Assembly: GCA_037445875.1 (NCBI GenBank)
Contig: JBBIJR010000002.1
Location: 4,336-68,335 of the forward strand
DNA length: 64,000 nucleotides
Direction of reading: 5' to 3'
Origin: Bacteroidota bacterium
Lineage (GTDB): Bacteria > CLD3 > SB21
Shown here piece by piece: positions 41,201-48,684 of the stretch. Position numbers and translations under genes: made by a program. Under the pieces are notes generated by a model. That model had not been told where the DNA came from, searched no databases, and was given only the letters and a program-made list of their open reading frames with translations. Every line of letters starts with the position of its first letter. The stretch's first letter is position 1.

Positions 41201-42491
41201 CGGTCGCAAACCACATCGCCCCGCTCCGGTCCTGGATGATCGAATACACCGTGCCTTGTTCGATTGCGGGAGGCCCGCGCAGCGGACCCGTCAAACGATC
41301 GCCCGCGATTTGGAACACACCGGCGCCGTCCGTTCCAATCCACAGGGTCCGACGCGAATCCTCATACAATGCGAACACCGTCGCGGGCTTACCTTGCGGC
41401 ATGATCCGGGTGAAGCCGGAGCGGTCGTAGCGGATCAACCCTCCGGACGTTCCGAACCACATGCGGCCGCGCGCGTCCTCGAGAATGGCCCATATATCGT
41501 TGTGGGTCAATCCCGTGCCGGGCGAATAGGTAAGGAAACCGAAGTCGCGATATCGGCATACACCGCCAATGTCCGTGCCGATCCAGAGATTACCTTCACG
41601 GTCCGGCAGCAGCGACCACACGCTGTTGGCACTCAGGCCGTCGGCCATCGTAAACGTCCGGAACTTCCCGGACCGGTATTGCACCAGACCCTGACGCGTG
41701 CCCAACCAGAGCGCTCCGTCCCGGCCCTCCGCGATCGTCCAGACCGTGTTGTCTGGCAGCCCGTCGCGCGTTGTCAGACGATGGAACCGGCCGTCGTGCC
41801 ACCGCGCTGCCCCGCCCCGGTCCGTGCCGATCCACATCGCCCCCCTCCGGTCCTGACGGATGACGTAGACCATGCCGTCGCCCAGTTCGCGCTCGCCGGC
41901 CGCGCGCTCGAACGTTTCGCCTTTCTGCCGAAAAAGCCCCTTCCCCTGCGTGCCCACCCACAACGTGCCGTCCCGGTCCTCGAAAAGCGCCATGACCGAT
42001 GTTTCCCCGATGATGTCCGCTCCGATGCCGGAGGTGAACGTCGATCCGTCGTAGCTCGCCAGACCCTTGCCGGTGCCGAACCACAGCGTTCCGTCCCGCG
42101 TCTGGACAATGGCATTGACGACTTCATGGCCCAGTTCCTGTTTCGAGAAATTCCGGAAGGCAAACCCGTCGTAGCGGCTGACTCCGCGCTCGGTGCCGAT
42201 CCACAGATATCCCGACCGGTCCTCCACGATGCTGTAAACGGCGTTGTTGGACAGGCCTTCGTTGACGGTGAACGTGCGGAATTGAATGCCGTCGAAACGG
42301 CAGACGCCCCCACCGAACGTACCGAACCACAGATATCCGAATCGGTCCTGGCAGATCGTGTACACCTGAGACTGCGGCAGTCCCGCTTCGACCGAATAGA
42401 CTTTGAATAACTGCCCGGCAGCGCGGTCGGGCAGGATCAGGAAGAAAAGGCATCCGGCGAGCAACGCCACACTCGGACGGAGAAGGCTCAC
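38226..42491 (-). CDS. Hybrid sensor histidine kinase/response regulator with periplasmic two-component-regulator propeller (Reg_prop ×n + Y_Y_Y), PAS domains, HisKA, HATPase and REC
   Basis: N-terminal repeated WxGTxxGL propeller units, TM, 2-3 PAS, H-box IAHDFNN, G-boxes, C-terminal receiver VLIMDDE…DAVILD…KP. Start placed at GTG 42491 forming GTGA overlap with the upstream stop; the longer track ORF would overlap the neighbour by 145 nt. Confidence 0.85.
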   Translation of the reverse strand: MSLLRPSVALLAGCLFFLILPDRAAGQLFKVYSVEAGLPQSQVYTICQDRFGYLWFGTFGGGVCRFDGIQFRTFTVNEGLSNNAVYSIVEDRSGYLWIGTERGVSRYDGFAFRNFSKQELGHEVVNAIVQTRDGTLWFGTGKGLASYDGSTFTSGIGADIIGETSVMALFEDRDGTLWVGTQGKGLFRQKGETFERAAGERELGDGMVYVIRQDRRGAMWIGTDRGGAARWHDGRFHRLTTRDGLPDNTVWTIAEGRDGALWLGTRQGLVQYRSGKFRTFTMADGLSANSVWSLLPDREGNLWIGTDIGGVCRYRDFGFLTYSPGTGLTHNDIWAILEDARGRMWFGTSGGLIRYDRSGFTRIMPQGKPATVFALYEDSRRTLWIGTDGAGVFQIAGDRLTGPLRGPPAIEQGTVYSIIQDRSGAMWFATADSGVFRYDGQRPTHFTTRDGLTDNRVYALHEDRSGVLWCVTHQGVARFDGQRFVNAFPDGLLSDGISLAVAEEKSGHLWFGTEKGIYHYDGRGLTGLDERDGLGSNVVYFLVFDTLGALWIGHSRGVDRFDVPRWEQTGETRFRQYGADEGFTGVECNQNAAFCGRNGALWFGTIKGAFRYVPVSADTLGAPSLRIAGLRLFMQERDLTPYSSRLDPATLLPEELRLPYELNHVTLDYAGIHLTAPRGVRYRYRLEGFDEEWSRATHERYAVYANLPPGRYTFRVKARNAGGLWTSGDAVFTFEIVAPFWKTAWFYVLTALVSVGMLATVVRLRLRSVNRRARELLDLNRRLQTQMVEREQAERAVRMSEAKFRSLAELLTASIFVVRGEQILYTNPYASTYTGYTPDELSQMKFWEFAHPDHRETVKARGRARMEGLTVPNRYEMKIVTRSGEVRWCDMIVRLVDYEGGPAILGAAVDITDRKRAEDALFQSEAKYRNLFVNSLVGMFKTSLDSGTVIEANEKAREILGYPEGKVRTPDLYVNPEDRETMKHILREHGRVENLETRMRRRDGEIIWVSFSARYFPEDGCLEGVIVDITERKRTEEALLKVRKIESLGILAGGIAHDFNNVLTAILGNLSLAKKHTRDGRMESVLESLESAERASMQARGLTQQLLTFSKGGEPVRAPASLASLLQETTRFALAGSNVRCELKLPPDLRTASIDRGQIGQVIHNLMLNAVQAMPGGGTVHVHADNVSFAADTYEHGMKVKKGPYVRVAIRDEGTGIAAENLSRIFDPYFTTKEHGSGLGLATAYSIVRNHQGIIYVESEVGVGSVFTFCLPATDEPEEKKGPSGEAARGKGRVLIMDDETAILKVIKDMLAEMGYEAVTARDGTEALQTYGDHSRSGRPFDAVILDLTIPGGKGGKATVGEILAIDPRAYVIVSSGYSNDPIMANFGSYGFSDVLPKPYTLEDVSRVLGKIPRRSATSPA

Positions 42492-43615
42492 GGTTCGATC
42501 TCCGGATACAAACGCCGTGCGCACTCGGGACAGATGCCGTGAGTAAAGTCCGCTTCGGAGTGCGCTTCCACGTAGGCTTCGAGCTGGTTCCAGTAACCCT
42601 TGTCGTCGCGGATCTTCTTGCAGGAGGAACAAATCGGCAGCAGGCCGCGGAGGGTTTTGATGCTACCCAGCGCCCGGCGAAGTTCGTCGATCAACCGTTC
42701 ACGTTCCGCTTCGCTGCGTTTGCGCTCCGTGATGTCACGGGCGAACGTGATGATGTAGTGCCGGTCGTCGAAACGGAAATCGGAGATGGACGCTTCGAGA
42801 TCCAGGAGGGAGCCGTCCCTGCGTTTTATACGGAATTCGTACTGGGTTGGGGCCGGTTCACCGCGGGCGCGTTTGCGTCCGTAGTCGATCAGCCGGTCCA
42901 CGTCCTCGGGCGCCGCCAGTTCCCGGATGGGCTTTCCCATGACCTCTTCGGGGCGGTCGTATCCGAACAATCGCGCATAGGCCGTGTTGATGTAAACGGC
43001 CACCTCCTTGTCCTCTACGAGAATTCCGTCCCGCGAAGTCTCGATGATCTCTCGGAGGTACCGCTCGCTGAATGCGAGGTCATGGAGGAGCCGGTCGCGC
43101 TGCTCGGTGGATTCCCGCAATTCGATCAGGTTTCGGCGCAGTTCCATCTGGTCCTGGACCTGCCGGCCCAGCGCTTGCAGCGCCTCGTACTGCCGGGGAG
43201 TCAACCTGCGCGGCTGCCGGTCCAGTACGCAGAGCGCCCCGAGGGCCAGACCGTCCGTCGAGAACAAGGGCGTACCGGCATAGAAGCGCAGATGGACGCT
43301 CTCGTCGGTGACGAACGGGTTGTCGCGGAAGCGATCGTCGCGCGAGGCGTCTTCGACGATCAGCAGGCCTTGCTGCGCGATGGTGTGCGCACAGAAGGAG
43401 ACTTCCCTCGGTATCTCCTTGAGGTCGATGCCCGCGATCGACTTGATCCACTGGTGAGTGTCGATCAGGCTGATCATGGCTACCGGCGCTTCGCAGATGT
43501 ACGACGCCAGAAACGTCAGATCGTCAAAACGTTTTTCGGGCTCTGTGTCGAGGATGCGATATTCCCGGAGGCGCCCTACGCGCCGGCCGTCATCGGCAGG
43601 TAATGGGTATCCCAT
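42488..43615 (-). CDS. GAF + PAS domain sensor protein with Cys-rich C-terminal tail (CxxC…CPxC)
   Basis: GAF-like N-terminus, PAS (ITERKRSE), C-terminus LPICSSCKKIRDDKGYW…HGICPECARR; no enzymatic output domain recognised. Confidence 0.7.
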   Translation of the reverse strand: MGYPLPADDGRRVGRLREYRILDTEPEKRFDDLTFLASYICEAPVAMISLIDTHQWIKSIAGIDLKEIPREVSFCAHTIAQQGLLIVEDASRDDRFRDNPFVTDESVHLRFYAGTPLFSTDGLALGALCVLDRQPRRLTPRQYEALQALGRQVQDQMELRRNLIELRESTEQRDRLLHDLAFSERYLREIIETSRDGILVEDKEVAVYINTAYARLFGYDRPEEVMGKPIRELAAPEDVDRLIDYGRKRARGEPAPTQYEFRIKRRDGSLLDLEASISDFRFDDRHYIITFARDITERKRSEAERERLIDELRRALGSIKTLRGLLPICSSCKKIRDDKGYWNQLEAYVEAHSEADFTHGICPECARRLYPEIEP

Positions 43616-43737
43616 AGAGGACTCTCACCGTTCGTGATATCACGCCCGGCCACACCCTGAGAATTTGCGCGATTCCGGGATGGAAAGCAAATGCGTTCGC
43701 GCCGCTCTCCGAATTCGACCATTGCGTTGGCCAGAAT

Positions 43738-43870
43738 ACCCCTCAACCCCTTCCCTTCTCCACGAGGGAGAGCATGTCCCCTCAACCCTCACTCCCTTCT
43801 CCCAGAGGGAGAAGGGAAGGGGTTGAGGGTGGATATACGCCCTCACGGAGAAGGGAAGGGGTTGAGGACC
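43738..43870. repeat. Family-3 hairpin repeat (cctcaaccccttcccttctcc … ggagaagggaaggggttgaggg), left copy
   Basis: ~80 % identical direct copy at 47371-47495; internal inverted repeats form a ≥20-bp stem. Confidence 0.8.
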
Positions 43871-43906
43871 GGCGGGCGGTGACTACTGATGTTTCGGTGC
43901 GGACCG

Positions 43907-45559
43907 CTATTCCTTCAACGCAGGCCGGCGCCGGTGGAAGTCCGTGGCGTCCTGATATCGTTTCGCGAACGTCAGCAATTCCCCCTCGCCGAACAGCTTG
44001 CCGACGAACGAGATGCTGACCGGATGGCCGTCTGCTGTAAAGCCGTTCGGCACGACGACGCACGGGTGGCCCGTGAGATTGGTGAGGAGCAGGTTGTCCG
44101 AAAACGAAGGCGCCACGTACGCGTCGATGCCTTTCAGACGCCGGTGCATGTCATCGATCAGGAGCGTGCGGATACGGTTGGCCTGGATGTACTCGACGGC
44201 GGGGATGAGACGGGAGCACCGGAACACGTTCGGCCAGGCGTTCTTGATCTGACGAACCATCAGGTCGTCGCGGTTGCTGCGTGTCAATTCGTCGAACGCC
44301 GCGCCGGCTTCCGCACTCAGGATAATCGACAGATCGTTGAACGGCAGGGAAGGCATGTCGAGCGGAATGAGCTCGATGCCGAGAGACGTTAGCACGGCCA
44401 GAGCGGAATCGTTGAACGGCCGGCCGGTCGTATCGCGGTCGAATTCGCTTTTCAGGTAGCCCACCCGCAGCCTGGTTACGTCCAGATTCGCGTCGTAGTT
44501 GAACGGCGCATCGTAGACGGTCGGGTCGAGGCCGTCGGGTCCGTAGATCGCGTCGAACACGATGGCGCAGTCCTCGGCCGTGCGGGCGATGGGTCCGATC
44601 TTGTCCATGGACCACGACAGAGCCATCGCGCCGCGGCGGCTCACCCGCCCGTATGTCGGGCGGAGGCCGGTGACCCCGCACCGCGTGGACGGCGAGACGA
44701 TCGAGCCCCACGTCTCGGTGCCGATGGCGAACGCCACCAGCCCGGCGGCCGTTGCCGACGCCGAACCAGCGGACGACCCGCTCGAACCCTGTTCGTAATC
44801 CCACGGATTGCGCGTCTTCCCTCCAAACCAAACATCGCCCCACGCGAGTTCCCCGACGGTCAACTTGGCGACGAGCACGGCGCCTGCTTCCTCGAGTTTC
44901 TGTACGACGGCCGCGTTTTCGTCGATCACCTGGTCCTTGAACGGCACCGAGCCCCAGGTGGTCGTGTACCGCTTCGTTGAGAGGAGGTCTTTCACGCCGT
45001 AGGGAATCCCGTGCAGCGGTCCGCGGTACTTACTTTTGGCAATCTCTGCATCCGCGCGCCGGGCCTGTTCGAGGGCGAGTTCCTCGGTAAGCGCGATCAC
45101 GCATTCGAGTTTCGGCCCGTATTTTTTCAGACGGTCCAGATACAGCGTCGTCAACCGTTCGGACGTGAGCTTTTTATTGCGAATCAGCCATCCCAACTCG
45201 GCCACACTCAGAAAGGCGAGATCTTCGTCTTTGTTCGGCAGACGCACGGATTTAATCGGCGTCGGGCGAAATCCCTTCTTCGCGGTCGGCCAGGTGTAGC
45301 CCTGCGGAACAGGATTGAACAGCACGGCCGGCACGACGGAATTGTCCAACTCCACCGTACGCAGTTTTTCGTAATTGGCCAGTTGTTCCCCGAGTCCGTC
45401 CGTCATCGAGTCCCGTTCCGCTTCGCTGAACGACAGGCCGATGAGCTTTTCGGCGGAGGCGATGTCCGCGATGGTGAATCGAGCCGCCTCCTGGACGACC
45501 ATTCCGGCGGCAGAGGCGGCAAGGATGTAAACAAGGGTAAGGAGATTGCGGCGCTTCAC
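43907..45559 (-). CDS. Amidase (amidase-signature family), secreted
   Basis: Signal peptide; AS signature GGSSAGSASATAAGLVAFAIGTETWGSIVSPS. Confidence 0.9.
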   Translation of the reverse strand: MKRRNLLTLVYILAASAAGMVVQEAARFTIADIASAEKLIGLSFSEAERDSMTDGLGEQLANYEKLRTVELDNSVVPAVLFNPVPQGYTWPTAKKGFRPTPIKSVRLPNKDEDLAFLSVAELGWLIRNKKLTSERLTTLYLDRLKKYGPKLECVIALTEELALEQARRADAEIAKSKYRGPLHGIPYGVKDLLSTKRYTTTWGSVPFKDQVIDENAAVVQKLEEAGAVLVAKLTVGELAWGDVWFGGKTRNPWDYEQGSSGSSAGSASATAAGLVAFAIGTETWGSIVSPSTRCGVTGLRPTYGRVSRRGAMALSWSMDKIGPIARTAEDCAIVFDAIYGPDGLDPTVYDAPFNYDANLDVTRLRVGYLKSEFDRDTTGRPFNDSALAVLTSLGIELIPLDMPSLPFNDLSIILSAEAGAAFDELTRSNRDDLMVRQIKNAWPNVFRCSRLIPAVEYIQANRIRTLLIDDMHRRLKGIDAYVAPSFSDNLLLTNLTGHPCVVVPNGFTADGHPVSISFVGKLFGEGELLTFAKRYQDATDFHRRRPALKE

Positions 45560-45975
45560 GGGAAGACCTCCTTTGCAGAGATGGTGTGCATAGAAGATTG
45601 TGCTGGATTCTAAGGAGAAAATCTTCCTTTTGCCATCCTTCTTTCGGCGCGTGGATCATCAGGCCAGCGCGGCCGCGCAATTCTGAAGTTACGTTTTGTC
45701 AAATGTTTCGTTGATCCAATTATGATCTAAGTGATTGTATTCACACGACTTCCTATCATCACACATCAAATGTCGCTTGACTTTGATGGCAAATGTTCGT
45801 CAGCGATCAAGGAATCTTCGAGCCCTGAGAGGATGGGGCGCAAGGCGATGGAGTCGAAACCGCCATGAAATGACACGGCCAAACCCTTGGGTGGATCGTG
45901 CGGTATCCAGAATTCCGGTGCCGTTTATGCATTTTATTCTCTTTCCGGCTCTTATGGTTTGATGGCTTGCTTGAT

Positions 45976-46017
45976 GTGTGAAAAACCCTTCCTTTCGGTT
46001 TGATCCGAAAGGAAGGG
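45976..46017 (-). terminator. Intrinsic terminator-like hairpin (13-bp perfect stem + T-run on the minus strand)
   Basis: cccttcctttcgg-tttgat-ccgaaaggaaggg followed on the minus strand by TTTTTCACAC; lies 125 nt upstream of and divergent from the methyltransferase start. Confidence 0.5.
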
Positions 46018-46141
46018 CCAACCTTGCACCGAGAACTCCGAGGTGGGGTCGTTCAAGTCCAACAGCAAGCTTGAATCAAAGGTCATACTTTCTTAGCATT
46101 ATGGAAGCACATCCTTTCATAGCCATCGGGCAGTTATCCTC

Positions 46142-47527
46142 ATGACCGAACTCATCTGGTCCGGCAAGTATGACGAAGAGGGCCGCAAGACCGCACCGGT
46201 GCGGATCGCGCTGCCGTTTCAAACGATCGAGACGGTCAACGAGAGCGCCGAGGACCGCAAACGCACGCTCGACATGTTCGCCCAGGGCAAGCCGACCGAG
46301 TGGCGCAACCGCCTGATCTGGGGCGATAAGAAGTACGTCCTTCCGAGTCTCCTGCCCGAATTTGCCGGCAAGGTCAACCTGATCTACATCGACCCGCCCT
46401 TCGACACCGGCGCCGATTTCTCTTTCACGGCGACCATACCTTCCCCGGAGACAGCCACGGGTGAGGGTGCGTCCTTTGTCAAAGAGCCGTCCATCATCGA
46501 ACAGAAAGCCTACCGCGACACCTGGGGCAAAGGCCTCGACTCCTATCTCCAGTGGTTCTACGAAACCGCCGTGCTCTTGCGTGAACTGCTCGCCGAAGAC
46601 GGCAGCATCTACGTCCATCTCGACTGGCACGTCGGACATTACGCAAAGGCAGTGCTGGATGAGGTGTTTGGGTATGAGAATTTTCAGAACGAGATTGCAT
46701 GGAAACGTGCTACTGCCGGTAGTGCAAAGGTCAGAGCGAAACGGTTTGGCGCAGATCATGACGTAATCTACTTTTACACGAAGTCATCGTCCAACTACAA
46801 ATTCAAACAGGTCTACTACCCCTATCCGGAGGAAGAAATCAAGAAGCGCTTCAAAAACAAAGACGATAAAGGATTCTACAAAGACGCGGAACTTGGTACC
46901 TATTCTGACGAAACGCTGCAGAGACTCAAGCAAGAGAGTAGACTGATCGTTACATCTGGAGGTAAACTTCGCTACAAGATCTATTTAGGCGAGATCAAAG
47001 GAGTACTTGCTGACAGTGTTTGGACTGACATCTCCATTGTGAACTCCCAAGCAGAGGAAAGACTCAACTATTCTACTCAGAAACCCGAACCGTTGCTTGA
47101 TCGAATAGTTAGTGCATCTTCTGACGAATCCGACCTCGTGCTCGACTGTTTTTGCGGTTCGGGTACGACGGCGGCAGTGGCGGAGAAGTTGAACCGGCGC
47201 TGGATCGCGTGCGACCTGGGCCGCTTTGCCATTCACACCACCCGCAAGCGCCTCCTCCAGATACCGAACGTCAAACCGTTCGTCGTCCAGAACCTCGGCA
47301 AGTACGAACGCCAGGCCTGGGCGGAGGCGGAGTTCCCTCCAGCCGGCCTTTCTACGTCTGAGAAAGAAGATCCTCAACCCCTTCCCTTCTCCCCGAGCGA
47401 GAATACCCCTCAACCCTTACTCCCTTCTCCCGGAGGGAGAAGGGATGGGGTTGAGGGTGCAAACACCGCCCGAAGGGATGGGGTCGAGGGTGTATTCCAC
47501 TTGGTGGAGATGATGGGGGGTTCTTGA
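46142..47527 (+). CDS. DNA methyltransferase, beta-class N6-adenine/N4-cytosine (motif IV DPPF before motif I FCGSGTT)
   Basis: LIYIDPPFDTGADF (motif IV) … long variable middle … LVLDCFCGSGTTAAVAEKLNRRWIACDL (motif I/X). The last ~45 codons are read through the family-3 repeat, so the true C-terminus is uncertain. Confidence 0.85.
   Translation: MTELIWSGKYDEEGRKTAPVRIALPFQTIETVNESAEDRKRTLDMFAQGKPTEWRNRLIWGDKKYVLPSLLPEFAGKVNLIYIDPPFDTGADFSFTATIPSPETATGEGASFVKEPSIIEQKAYRDTWGKGLDSYLQWFYETAVLLRELLAEDGSIYVHLDWHVGHYAKAVLDEVFGYENFQNEIAWKRATAGSAKVRAKRFGADHDVIYFYTKSSSNYKFKQVYYPYPEEEIKKRFKNKDDKGFYKDAELGTYSDETLQRLKQESRLIVTSGGKLRYKIYLGEIKGVLADSVWTDISIVNSQAEERLNYSTQKPEPLLDRIVSASSDESDLVLDCFCGSGTTAAVAEKLNRRWIACDLGRFAIHTTRKRLLQIPNVKPFVVQNLGKYERQAWAEAEFPPAGLSTSEKEDPQPLPFSPSENTPQPLLPSPGGRRDGVEGANTARRDGVEGVFHLVEMMGGS
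47371..47495. repeat. Family-3 hairpin repeat, right copy (inside the 3' end of the methyltransferase ORF)
   Basis: Direct copy of 43738-43870. Confidence 0.8.
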
Positions 47528-47719
47528 GGACGAGTCAAGAAACGCGCGGTTGAGGACAGCATTTGGAAATCGATGTTCACAGAACGAAACACCAGCCTCC
47601 TGGGCCGGAAATTGATACAGTTTTGCAGGTGTCAGAATATGACTCGGAGAGCGGGCCGCAGTATACCTCCACAGTCAAAAAACATCTGAAGTAGGACCAA
47701 AAAGAAGGAGCGGCAAACC

Positions 47720-48511
47720 ATGCCCCGAAAGATCCGACGCCGATTGCTCGAAGGTGATCTGGAGCAGATTTCAAGCAAGGTGTTCGACTCCTACCATGAT
47801 GAGATTACCAAATATCCCAACAGGTTTGATTCTCCACCTCGATCTTCGTTCGACTCCTACCATGATGAGATTACCAAGTTGATCGGCAAACGTCATGGCG
47901 TTTACGCCTTGTACAGGAAAGGACAGCTTTATTATGTCGGCCTGGCGAAGAACTTGCGAAGCCGCGTCCGTCAGCATCTGAGAGACAAACACGCAAAGAA
48001 ATGGGATACGTTCAGTCTGTATTTGATCAAGAACGTAAACTACCTGAAAGAACTGGAGTCTCTCATCGTGCACATCGCCGAACCGCAGGGTAACGTGAGC
48101 CGGGGCCGGTTCGCCCGCTCTGAAAACCTTATCGACGCCCTGCGCGATTTGATGAAGGAAAAAGACGAACAAAAAAGGGAGCAGATTCTCACGGGAACGA
48201 TTGGAACTCCCCGGCCGCGGTCGGCGAGGAAGAAAAGGCCGCAACGTGCGGCGAGCAGACGTGCTGGCGACCGCAAGCCAGCATTGTACGGACTGCTTCC
48301 CGCTCACACAGAATTGAGAGTGTTTTACAAGGGCAACGAACGCCGAGCGCGCACCGACAGCCAGGGACGGATCGCAATCGGGGCCAAGCGATTCAACTCG
48401 CCCTCGCTGGCCGGGAACTACGTCCGCGGAGGCAAGTCAACGAATGGCTGGACATTCTGGCGATACAAGAACTCTAAAGGAGAGTGGGTCCTTATTGATG
48501 AGCTACGGTAG
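47720..48511 (+). CDS. GIY-YIG nuclease domain protein with DUF4357-like C-terminal domain; candidate endonuclease partner of the methyltransferase
   Basis: GVYALYRKGQLYYVGLAKNLRSRVRQH…ELESLIVHIAEPQGN (GIY-YIG core); C-terminus AKRFNSPSLAGNYVRGGKSTNGWTFWRYKNSKGEWVLIDELR resembles DUF4357 as I recall it; in-frame 10-aa duplication FDSYHDEITK ×2. Confidence 0.65.
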   Translation: MPRKIRRRLLEGDLEQISSKVFDSYHDEITKYPNRFDSPPRSSFDSYHDEITKLIGKRHGVYALYRKGQLYYVGLAKNLRSRVRQHLRDKHAKKWDTFSLYLIKNVNYLKELESLIVHIAEPQGNVSRGRFARSENLIDALRDLMKEKDEQKREQILTGTIGTPRPRSARKKRPQRAASRRAGDRKPALYGLLPAHTELRVFYKGNERRARTDSQGRIAIGAKRFNSPSLAGNYVRGGKSTNGWTFWRYKNSKGEWVLIDELR

Positions 48512-48684
48512 TCCGTGGATCCTGCCACAGAACAGAAACGGCTCCCGGAATCACCGCAGTTGCCGGACCCGTGTTACTCACATCGCGCAGCGTACATCCT
48601 CAATAACTTGACCAAAGGGATGGTCAGTTCTGCGCATCCAAACAAACCCTTTCTTTTCCCCCTCCTTCTTCGCAGATTCCTCGC

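Noticed and set aside
46076-46759. 227-aa minus-strand ORF opposite the methyltransferase
   Set aside because: Antisense to conserved methyltransferase motifs; no independent evidence.
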